DNA from: Defluviitaleaceae bacterium
Lineage (GTDB): Bacteria > Bacillota > Clostridia > Lachnospirales > WQUN01
Direction of reading: 5' to 3'
Assembly: GCA_009777845.1 (NCBI GenBank)
Contig: WRLD01000001.1
Coordinates: 120,177-184,176 of the forward strand
Length of the DNA: 64,000 nt
Made by a program: the position numbers and the translations under genes
Part shown: positions 1-7,268 of the stretch, in pieces
Layout of the letters: each line of letters opens with the position of its first letter
Numbering within the stretch: position 1 is the first letter of the stretch
Notes under the pieces: generated by a model
Told to the model about the DNA's origin: nothing
What the model saw: the letters and a program-made list of their open reading frames with translations, nothing else
The model's database searches: none

Positions 1-653
1 GCGTCGGCGTGCATTATTCCCGCCTTGAGATAGCTTATGTTTTGGAAAAATTCCAAATCGCCGCCCGTAAAATAGCCGTCGTTTAGCCCTACCGCCCAGA
101 GTACCTCGCGTCCAAAAACGCCTTGGTAGTGCAAATTATGAATTGTGAAAAGGCTTTTCATGTTGGTATAATACGTAAAGCCCTTGTACACGTCACGTAA
201 ATAAGTAGGCCCAAGCCCCGTGTGCCAGTCATTAAAATGTACTATATCGGGCTGGAAGTTGATATGCGTAAGCATTTCCAGCGATGCCTTTGTAAAAAAC
301 GCAAAGCGTTCGTAATCGTCGCCGTAGCCGTAGAATGTATTGCGGTTGAAATAAAAATCGTTTTCCACGAAGTAGACCGACTCGCCGTCGCCGTGAGCGT
401 CCAGCGCGTGGACAGATGCTTGCTGTACCCGCCACGACAAATGCACGTCAAAGGACGATATGTTTTTTGCCTCGTCTAAATATTTTTGCGGAATACTGGC
501 ATATTTAGGAAGCGCAACGCGCATGTCTACGCCTAAATCTCTAAGTGCCTTGGGAAGCGAGCCTGCCACATCGCCAAGCCCGCCCGACTTTGAATAAGGA
601 TTAACCTCTGTAGACACGAACAATATTTTTAATGAATTTTTATTAAATGACAT
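1..653 (-). CDS. glgA: Glycogen/starch synthase GlgA, N-terminal part (gene runs off the left edge)
   Basis: Absent from the ORF track because its stop lies outside the window. My reverse-strand translation from the ATG at 653 gives MSFNKNSLKILFVSTEVNPYSKSGGLGDVAGSLPKALRDLGVDMRVALPKY... The K-x-GGL motif and the later HFNDWHTGL and HNLHYQG blocks are typical of GT5 glycogen synthases. Confidence 0.8.
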   Translation of the reverse strand, partial: MSFNKNSLKILFVSTEVNPYSKSGGLGDVAGSLPKALRDLGVDMRVALPKYASIPQKYLDEAKNISSFDVHLSWRVQQASVHALDAHGDGESVYFVENDFYFNRNTFYGYGDDYERFAFFTKASLEMLTHINFQPDIVHFNDWHTGLGPTYLRDVYKGFTYYTNMKSLFTIHNLHYQGVFGREVLWAVGLNDGYFTGGDLEFFQNISYLKAGIMHAD

Positions 654-733
654 AAGCCCTGCACTCCCTTATTCTTCTGAGATATAGAAATTATACCACT
701 CTATAAATAATTGTAAAGGACGGTAAATGTAAA

Positions 734-2065
734 ATGTACGAAAAAACCCGAGCCTACCTAGCAAAAAATATTTATCCCTTCCATATGCCGGGGCATAAAC
801 GCAACGCGGAATTTTTTCCGCCCGACATGCACACCCTTGATTTGACTGAAATATCGGGCATGGACACCCTCTCCGCGCCCAGTGGTATTATAAAGGAATT
901 TTCGGATAAAATCGCAAAAATTTATGGCGCGAAGGAAAGTTTTTTCTTAACCAACGGCTCGTCTGCGGGAATAGTGGCGGCGATTTGTGCCGTATGTGAC
1001 GAAAATACAATAGTGTACGCGCCGCGTAACGCGCATGTTAGCTTCTACAATGGTCTTGCTTTTAGCGGGGCAATGCCATATTATGTTTATGACGAAAATG
1101 CCTTTGACACCATGCCTAGAGGCGCGGTGGCCTTTGTTGTAAGCCCCACATATGAGGGCTTTGTTTATGACATAGAAGCGATTGCCAAAAAGGTACACGC
1201 CAAGGACGGCATACTAATTGTAGACGAGGCGCACGGCGCACATTTTGTGTTCCACGATTATTTTCCCAAAACGGCGTTACAACAGGGCGCGGACATTGTA
1301 ATTAACAGCCTGCACAAAACGCTGCCCGCTATTTCCGGCTGTGCTGTGCTGCATACCTCGCGCGAGTTCGGTCGGAGTGCGGTATCGCCTAAGGCAACAC
1401 CGCACGACCCACTTTCGCGATTGCGTTTTTTTATTAACGCTATGCAAACAACAAGCCCGTCATATATGCTTATGTCGGCGTGTGATTATATGCTTGATAA
1501 ATTAACGCCCGCTCTTTTTGAGGGTTATGTGCGGCGATTGAAACGTATGCGCGGGGTGATTGGGGGGTTTGGGGATTGTAAAACATCAGCAGACCCGAGC
1601 AAATTCTTTTTTCGTGTACGTCCGCCGCATACTGCGGAGCAAGTGGCGGAAATTGCAAGGCGTGATTACAAAATCGAGTTTGAAATGGCTATGGGGCAAA
1701 ATTTGCTTGCTATGACTTCTGTGGCGGACACTGACGAGGGATTCTTGCGGTTGGAAAGGGCGGTTTGTGGGTTATTATCCCCTCGTCAAGGTTCTGTGTT
1801 GGAAAACCTTGACACCGCCCTTGGAAATGGGGTTACGCCGCCGAATCAAATGGATAACACGATTCTGCGACACAAGCCCGACATTGTTATGAGTCCGCGA
1901 GAAGCCCTACAGCACAAAACCGAATGGGTGACAAGCGACACCGCCATAGGCAGAATATCCGCAGAGCTGTACGCCTTGTACCCGCCAGGCCACGCGCTGA
2001 TTGTACCAGGGGAGCGGATTCATTTGAAGGTACCTAAGGAATATGTGCAGGTGATTTTAGCTTAA
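734..2065 (+). CDS. PLP-dependent Orn/Lys/Arg decarboxylase family protein
   Basis: 443-aa ORF. YPFHMPGHKRN near the N-terminus and the PLP-lysine block NSLHKTLPA are hallmarks of this decarboxylase family. Divergent from glgA. Confidence 0.75.
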   Translation: MYEKTRAYLAKNIYPFHMPGHKRNAEFFPPDMHTLDLTEISGMDTLSAPSGIIKEFSDKIAKIYGAKESFFLTNGSSAGIVAAICAVCDENTIVYAPRNAHVSFYNGLAFSGAMPYYVYDENAFDTMPRGAVAFVVSPTYEGFVYDIEAIAKKVHAKDGILIVDEAHGAHFVFHDYFPKTALQQGADIVINSLHKTLPAISGCAVLHTSREFGRSAVSPKATPHDPLSRLRFFINAMQTTSPSYMLMSACDYMLDKLTPALFEGYVRRLKRMRGVIGGFGDCKTSADPSKFFFRVRPPHTAEQVAEIARRDYKIEFEMAMGQNLLAMTSVADTDEGFLRLERAVCGLLSPRQGSVLENLDTALGNGVTPPNQMDNTILRHKPDIVMSPREALQHKTEWVTSDTAIGRISAELYALYPPGHALIVPGERIHLKVPKEYVQVILA

Positions 2066-2092
2066 ATAATATAGTATGACAGGAGGAACACC

Positions 2093-3079
2093 ATGACCAC
2101 CATTATACAAATCGTAGGCATAATAATAGGCTTTGTCTTACTCATCAAGGGCGCGGACGTTTTTGTGGAGGCGAGCGTAAGCATAGCCAAGGGGCTACGC
2201 ATACCGAGTATAGTCGTGGGGCTGACAATCGTTGCCATAGGCACTAGCCTGCCCGAGCTGGTCGTATCGGTATCGGCGGCGTTGGGCGGCTCTAGCGATA
2301 TGGCGGTCGCAAATGTCGTCGGCTCAAATATTTTTAATATTCTGTTTATATTAGGCGCGTGCGCCTTGATTAAGCCAATCAATGTTCTTATAAAGGAAAT
2401 TTGGCGCGATTTTTTCGTAGCCCTTGTTGCGGCTGTGGCTTTATTTGCGGCTAGTCTAGCTTTCCGAATACCCAATGACATGAATATACTAGCTTTCCGC
2501 GGAATAATCCCTCGTAGTATTAGCCTAGCGTTTCTTGCCGCGTTTATTCTTTACATGGCTGTTTTGGTCAAGAGCGCGTTAAAAAATCGTACTCCAAGCC
2601 CAGACGAGGAAGCGGACACACCAAAAAAGCCCCTGCCTATAAGCATTTTGTTTGCCGTTTTGGGGGCAGGGGTAATTGTGCTAGGCGGACAAATAACCGT
2701 AAGCAGTGCCATGGATTTTGCCCTCAACATCGGCATTTCAGAGCGGGTGGCAGGGCTTACGATTTTGGCGGTTGGCACGTCCCTACCAGAGCTTGTTACC
2801 TCGCTTGTGGCGTGCAAAAAGGGCGAAAACGGAATAGCAATCGGCAATGTCCTTGGCTCAAATATTTTCAATATATTGGCTGTTTTGGGCATAACTGGAA
2901 TAATATCACCGCTTTTTATAGATTTAAATATGATGTTTGACCTAGCCTTTTTGGCTTTGGGCAGCTTGGTGTTTTTTGCGTTTGCGGCTACTGGCAAGGG
3001 GCTTTCGCGCTTGGAAGGCGGCGTAATGATACTGTTTTATTCCGCATATATTGTGCCGTTTGCCCTTTTAGGGTCTTAA
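2093..3079 (+). CDS. CaCA-family Ca2+/Na+ antiporter (YrbG-like), paralog 1
   Basis: 328 aa and polytopic. Both alpha-repeats are present (GTSLPELVVSV..GSNIFNIL and GTSLPELVTSL..GSNIFNIL). GGAGGA lies upstream of the ATG. Confidence 0.8.
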   Translation: MTTIIQIVGIIIGFVLLIKGADVFVEASVSIAKGLRIPSIVVGLTIVAIGTSLPELVVSVSAALGGSSDMAVANVVGSNIFNILFILGACALIKPINVLIKEIWRDFFVALVAAVALFAASLAFRIPNDMNILAFRGIIPRSISLAFLAAFILYMAVLVKSALKNRTPSPDEEADTPKKPLPISILFAVLGAGVIVLGGQITVSSAMDFALNIGISERVAGLTILAVGTSLPELVTSLVACKKGENGIAIGNVLGSNIFNILAVLGITGIISPLFIDLNMMFDLAFLALGSLVFFAFAATGKGLSRLEGGVMILFYSAYIVPFALLGS

Positions 3080-3102
3080 ACTACTGTAACAGGAGGAATA
3101 AC

Positions 3103-4059
3103 GTGGGTATAATTTTCCAAATAGTAGGCTTAATAATCGGCTTTGTCCTGCTTATAAAGGGCGCAGACGTTTTTGTCGAGGCGAGCGTAAGCATAGCCAA
3201 GGCACTACGCATACCGAGCATAGTCGTGGGGCTGACAATCGTCGCCATAGGTACTAGCCTGCCCGAGCTGGTCGTATCGGTATCGGCGGTGGTGAGCGGC
3301 TCAAGGGCTATGGCAGCAGGAAATGTCGTCGGCTCAAATATCTTCAATATCGTGCTTGTTGTAGGCGCGTGTGCCGTGGTTAGGCCTATCGGCGTTGCCC
3401 TAAAGGAAATTCGGCGCGATTTTCTCGTAGCTCTTGCCGCGGCTGTGGCTTTAGCTATCGTGCGGCTAGTTTCCGATGGGACAATCCCTCGCGGAATGAG
3501 CCTTGCGTTTGTGATTGCGCTTGTTTTTTACATGGTAGCGTTGGTTGAACGCGCGTTAAAAACTCGCACGGCAAGCCCAAGCCTAGACGAGGAAGCCCTT
3601 GCGAACACGCCAAAAAAGCCCCTGCCCATAAGCATTTTGTTTGCTGTTTTGGGGGCTGGGGTAATTGTGCTAGGCGGACAAATAACCGTAAGCACAGCCA
3701 TGGACTTAGCCCTCACTGTAGGCATTTCACAGCGAGTGGCAGGGCTTACCATTTTGGCGGTTGGCACGTCCCTGCCGGAGCTTGTTACCTCGCTCGTGGC
3801 GTGCAAAAAGGGCGAAAGCGATATAGCAATCGGCAATGTTTTTGGCTCAAATATTTTCAACATACTGGGCGTTTTGGGCGTGACGGGAATAATAACGCCT
3901 ATTTTTGTAGATTTGCATATGATGTTTGACCTAGGCGTTTTGATTGTGGGTAGCCTGGTGTTTTTGGCGTTTGCGTTTACGGACAAAAAGGTTTCGCGCC
4001 TAGAGGGCGGCGTTATGGTGTTGTTTTATTTGACGTATCTTGTTTTGCTTGCTTTTTAG
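3103..4059 (+). CDS. CaCA-family Ca2+/Na+ antiporter (YrbG-like), paralog 2
   Basis: 318 aa with a GTG start 7 nt after AGGAGG and the same alpha-repeat motifs. The N-terminal ~60 aa and C-terminal half are near-identical to the upstream paralog. Confidence 0.8.
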   Translation: MGIIFQIVGLIIGFVLLIKGADVFVEASVSIAKALRIPSIVVGLTIVAIGTSLPELVVSVSAVVSGSRAMAAGNVVGSNIFNIVLVVGACAVVRPIGVALKEIRRDFLVALAAAVALAIVRLVSDGTIPRGMSLAFVIALVFYMVALVERALKTRTASPSLDEEALANTPKKPLPISILFAVLGAGVIVLGGQITVSTAMDLALTVGISQRVAGLTILAVGTSLPELVTSLVACKKGESDIAIGNVFGSNIFNILGVLGVTGIITPIFVDLHMMFDLGVLIVGSLVFLAFAFTDKKVSRLEGGVMVLFYLTYLVLLAF

Positions 4060-4085
4060 GGGGCTGTCGCTGAAGTCGCTTAGGG

Positions 4086-4177
4086 TGATTTATGGAGCGT
4101 GGATTTAGTGAGTTATGGAACGCGGATTTAGTGATTTATGGAGCGTGGATTTAGTGAGTTATGGAACGCGGATTTTC
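4086..4177. repeat. 46-bp tandem duplication (x2) of a family A left-end variant
   Basis: TGATTTATGGAGCGTGGATTTAGTGAGTTATGGAACGCGGATTTAG occurs twice in a row (4086-4131 and 4132-4177). Confidence 0.8.
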
Positions 4178-4494
4178 GCGGATTTGGCGGATTTTCGCGG
4201 ATTCTTTCCGTGTAAATTCACGGCAGTGGAATGGAAGTTTTGTCCATGCAAGTTAAGGATAGTGGAACGCGGATTTAACGGATTTTCACGGATTTGGCGG
4301 ATTGGCTCGTGGGAAAATATTTCGCCGTTTAGTAGATTACGCGGACAAAATCCGCGTAATCCGTGCAAATCCGCGTTCAATGCCTTTAAAATCCGCACAA
4401 ATAAAAACCCACGCAATTCACATTCCCTAGGTTTGAATGAACACGAGAAAAAATCCGCGAAAATCCGTTAAATCCGCGAAAATCCGCGTTCCAT
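4161..4494. mobile_element. Family A MITE-like element, copy A-1 (334 bp, non-autonomous)
   Basis: It starts ATGGAACGCGGATTTTCGCGGATTT and ends with the exact reverse complement AAATCCGCGAAAATCCGCGTTCCAT, a 25-bp perfect TIR. CGGATT boxes recur every 9-10 bp in both arms. The only ORFs are repeat-derived (MERGFSDLW...). Confidence 0.7.
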
Positions 4495-4507
4495 AATTTT
4501 TTATATA

Positions 4508-5362
4508 TTAGTCGTTTTGTATATTCGGCACGAAAGTACCATCGTCACTAAACTTCGACATTATCGTTGGCGGAGGCATTTTGTTGAAATCTGGAGTGTC
4601 GCTAGGTGTAGAATCCGCGGACGAATTACCCGAATTAAAGGAATCCGTTGAACCAAAGGAATTGCCCGAGCTAAAGGAATCCCCCGAACCAAACGAATCC
4701 GCTGAACTGCCCGAACTAAACGAATCCGCAGAATTACCCGAACCAAACGAATCCCCTGCCCCTACTGACGAGGTCTGAATTTCCATAGGCTTAGGCTGTG
4801 CTGGCGGCATAGGCGGTCTTGGCGGTGGTGGCGGTGTCGTCGCGGACGACATAAACGAAAACTGCTCCGCTGGCTTTTGCAGCGGCGCGGGAGGTGCGGG
4901 CGGCGTAGGCATTGGCGGCGGCGTAGACATCGACTGCGTAGGCGGCGGAATCAAATCGCCGCTAGTAGGCGGAACAATGTCCACCTCTTTTAGGCGTTCA
5001 ATTAGCCTGTCCAGCTCGTCAAGGCGTTCTAATAACGAATCTATGTCGTTGCTGTCCAGCTCGGTCAAATATTTTTGTACAAGCCCTGCGTACACGTCTT
5101 GGAAAGCCTTTACCTTCATGCGCTGGTGTTCTACCTGCTCGGTCACCTTGCTTAGCTCGCGCGCGATAATGGCTTTGTACTCGTCGGCTTGGTATTTTGC
5201 GTTTTTTAGCATATTATCAGCCGCTATTTGCGCGCTAATAATCGCGTTTTTGATGGCGTTGTCCTTTTCCTTATAGCTTTTTACTACCTGCTCTAGGGTG
5301 GCGATATATCTATCAACCTCGTCGGGGTCGTAACCGCGCTTTACAAAAGTGAATTGTTCCAT
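4508..5362 (-). CDS. DivIVA-domain protein with Pro-rich and DSF-repeat C-terminal tail
   Basis: 284 aa. The N-terminal FTFVKRGYDPDEVDRYI plus a coiled coil is DivIVA-like. The C-terminal half has PPPMPTPPAPPAP followed by (A/G)DSF(G/S)SG(N/S)S low-complexity repeats. Confidence 0.75.
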   Translation of the reverse strand: MEQFTFVKRGYDPDEVDRYIATLEQVVKSYKEKDNAIKNAIISAQIAADNMLKNAKYQADEYKAIIARELSKVTEQVEHQRMKVKAFQDVYAGLVQKYLTELDSNDIDSLLERLDELDRLIERLKEVDIVPPTSGDLIPPPTQSMSTPPPMPTPPAPPAPLQKPAEQFSFMSSATTPPPPPRPPMPPAQPKPMEIQTSSVGAGDSFGSGNSADSFSSGSSADSFGSGDSFSSGNSFGSTDSFNSGNSSADSTPSDTPDFNKMPPPTIMSKFSDDGTFVPNIQND

Positions 5363-5379
5363 TAAAACTTCCCCTTTAG

Positions 5380-5418
5380 CTCGCCTTCGGCGATTTATTG
5401 TGTGCGAATTTACACTAT
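5380..5418 (-). promoter_or_regulatory. Conserved hairpin leader motif, copy L1 (upstream of the DivIVA-domain gene)
   Basis: Minus-strand sense reads ATAGTGTAAATTCGCACACAATAAATCGCCGAAGGCGAG, with hairpin TCGCC-GAA-GGCGA. An A-rich RBS follows, and the ATG at 5362 lies 18 nt after the hairpin. The same motif occurs at 13223, 59885 and 25184, with a degenerate copy at 19917. Confidence 0.5.
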
Positions 5419-5452
5419 TTCCATTTAATTAGAAAATCATAGCACAAATATT

Positions 5453-6493
5453 TCAATCACGCAAGCGTATTACATTCGCGGCTTTACGGCGTTTTGTGTC
5501 GTCCATTTTTGCATAATGCTTTCGCGTGGTGTTTACGTCACTGTGACCCAGCACATTTGCGACAAGGTAAATGTCGCTCGTTTCGGCGTACAGCTGTGTG
5601 CCAAACGTGCTACGTAATTTATGCGGCGAAATATTTTTCAGCCTAGTAACAAGCGAGGCATATTTTTTTACCATTTTCTGGATTTGCCGCGTGGTTATTC
5701 TGCGATTTTGCAGCGAAAGAAAAACCGCGTCCTCATGCCCTTTTTCGGGGAACGCCTCGTCACGCTCGTCCAAATACGCAAAAAGCGCGGCTTCTACCTC
5801 GTCGCCGAAGTACAAAATCATTTCGTCGCCGCCCTTTCGTCTTACACGCAGGCCGTTTGTTTCAAAGTCAATGTCACGCAAATTAAGCCCGACACATTCC
5901 GACACTCTCATGCCAGTTCCAAGCAACAGGGTAATAATCGCCGCGTCCCTAAGCCGCGTTTTTTCGTGGAAAACCTTTTGCCGCTCGGTTAAATTCTCGC
6001 CGCTGTCTATCTCGTCCAACAATCGCGCTATTTCGTTTGTTTCCAGTGTCGTAATCGTTTTTTCGTTCATTTTCGGGAAATCAATCAGCTCCGCAGGGTT
6101 CGCTAGTATTAGTTTCTTCTTATATAAATACTTAAAAAACACGCGCACCGCCGCGAGCTTGCGCGACTTTCCTGCCGCCGCATTCTTTACCGCCGTTTCG
6201 GGGCTTTCCGCAGGCACATAATATGTTAAATATTCCATAAATTCTTCTATGTCGTCCGACTCCACCTCACGCATTTTTTCTACAGTAATCTGCAAAACAG
6301 GCACATAAAAAACTTCCTCCGACAGGAATTTAAAAAAAATACGCAAATCATAAGCGTACCCAAGCCGCGTAAGCGTTGCCGTTTGGTCGCCAAGGCTACG
6401 AAAAAAGCCCGCCGCAAACTGCGGCAGTGTCTTTAACATCTCACGCAGCTTGAGAATGTTTTGGTTGTCTTGGTCTGTGTGGTAGGTACTCAT
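5453..6493 (-). CDS. Tyrosine recombinase, XerC/XerD-like
   Basis: 346 aa. Catalytic blocks are LLLGTGMRVSECVGL, SPHKLRSTFGTQLY and LGHSDVNTTRKHY (R...HxxR...H...Y), preceded by an N-terminal SAM-like domain. Confidence 0.8.
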   Translation of the reverse strand: MSTYHTDQDNQNILKLREMLKTLPQFAAGFFRSLGDQTATLTRLGYAYDLRIFFKFLSEEVFYVPVLQITVEKMREVESDDIEEFMEYLTYYVPAESPETAVKNAAAGKSRKLAAVRVFFKYLYKKKLILANPAELIDFPKMNEKTITTLETNEIARLLDEIDSGENLTERQKVFHEKTRLRDAAIITLLLGTGMRVSECVGLNLRDIDFETNGLRVRRKGGDEMILYFGDEVEAALFAYLDERDEAFPEKGHEDAVFLSLQNRRITTRQIQKMVKKYASLVTRLKNISPHKLRSTFGTQLYAETSDIYLVANVLGHSDVNTTRKHYAKMDDTKRRKAANVIRLRD

Positions 6494-6520
6494 GCTAACT
6501 CCAGACTTTATTTTAAAGGA

Positions 6521-6655
6521 ATGGAACGCGGATTTTCACGGATTCTTTCCGTGTAAATTGACGACAGTGGAATACAAATTTTATCCATGTGAATTAAAGG
6601 TGGCGGAACACGGATTTAACGGATTTTCGCGGATTTGGCGGATTCGTTCGTACTT
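6521..6655. repeat. Family A left end, truncated by the family B insertion
   Basis: ATGGAACGCGGATTTTCACGGATTC... continues to ...GGCGGATTCGTTCGTACTT, where it abuts B1. No matching right TIR follows. Confidence 0.6.
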
Positions 6656-6809
6656 CTGCTGTGCCACGCTCCCTCTGTGCCTCTGTGCCTCTGTGTGAAA
6701 ATCTTTTTGACAAATAATGAACGTAGGTAAAGCGTATAACTTCCATTCTTTAGTTAAAAGATTTTTTCACACAGAGGCACAGAGGCACAGAGGGAACGAG
6801 GCATAGCAG
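6656..6809. repeat. Family B hairpin element, copy B1 (~154 bp)
   Basis: The left arm CTGCTGTGCCACGCTCCCTCTGTGCCTCTGTGCCTCTGTGTGAAAATCTTTT pairs with the right arm AAAAGATTTTTTCACACAGAGGCACAGAGGCACAGAGGGAACGAGGCATAGCAG. The loop is ~47 nt. Confidence 0.8.
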
Positions 6810-6861
6810 ACACGAAACGTAAATTAAAATATTGCGTTTGTTGTGGGGATTTGCAGGTTTT

Positions 6862-6973
6862 TGTAGGGGACGGATTTATCCGTCCCGAGGTATTAACGCT
6901 CGTCAATTCGGGCAGGCAACGTCTATTAACGCAGAGCGAGGTAATCTCGGGACGGATAAATCCGTCCCCTACA
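6862..6973. repeat. Family C palindromic element, copy C1 (112 bp)
   Basis: TGTAGGGGACGGATTTATCCGTCCCGAG...CTCGGGACGGATAAATCCGTCCCCTACA. Each end is a 9-bp-arm hairpin, and the two ends are inverted repeats of each other. Confidence 0.85.
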
Positions 6974-7014
6974 AGAACCTGCAATTTCCCAGTGGTTTAA
7001 CAAATGATTTATGC

Positions 7015-7130
7015 AACACGGATTTAACGGATTTTCGCGGATTTGGCGGATTCGTTCGTGGTAAAATATATCGCCGTTTGGTAATTTACGCGGACAAAAT
7101 CCGCGTAAATAAAAAACCACGCAATTTGCG
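7015..7130. repeat. Family A internal fragment
   Basis: AACACGGATTTAACGGATTTTCGCGGATTTGGCGGATTCGTTCGTGG...CGCGGACAAAATCCGCGTAAAT...CCACGCAATT is collinear with 4266-4420 of copy A-1. Confidence 0.6.
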
Positions 7131-7155
7131 TATCAACGGACACGGTAACGGTTTT

Positions 7156-7268
7156 TGTAGGGGACGGATTTATCCGTCCCGAGATTACCTCGCTCTGCGT
7201 TAATGGACGTTACTCGTCCCGAATTGACGAACGTGCGTACCTCGGGACGGATAAATCCGTCCCCTACA
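7156..7268. repeat. Family C palindromic element, copy C2 (inverted relative to C1)
   Basis: It has the same ends as C1, and its core is the reverse complement of the C1 core (GAGATTACCTCGCTCTGCGTTAATGGACG...). Confidence 0.85.

Noticed and set aside
2062-2481. Long antisense shadow ORFs inside confident genes, for example 2062-2481, 2551-2997, 3528-3986, 5571-6221, 10727-11452, 12010-12684, 15071-15514, 29500-30036, 49322-49777, 54200-54679, 56074-56574, 58450-58893 and 60211-60732.
   Set aside because: They lie opposite genes with strong family signatures, have low-complexity or repeat-mirrored sequences (such as LLVSKPDTSR opposite the LRR units), and lack an RBS.
4115-4471. ORFs of 60-170 aa lying entirely in intergenic repeats, for example 4115-4471, 6492-6698, 6832-7203, 18859-19302, 30357-30593, 30846-31127, 52906-53271, 55643-55865 and 57620-57868.
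   Set aside because: Their peptides (MERGFSRIWRI..., FCRGRIYPSRG..., LPLCLCASV...) recur because the DNA is repeated in both orientations. They have no RBS, no family resemblance and inconsistent frames, so they are translations of families A-D.
4590-4770. Recurrent GAATCCG strings in the DivIVA 3' region, including GTAGAATCCGCGGA also found at 43738, hinting that the tail is exapted family A sequence.
   Set aside because: The periodicity is explained by reverse-strand codons for the DSF(G/S)SG repeat (GAT TCN TTT). Similarity to family A does not extend beyond ~13 nt. I treat it as coincidence unless a genome-wide alignment says otherwise.
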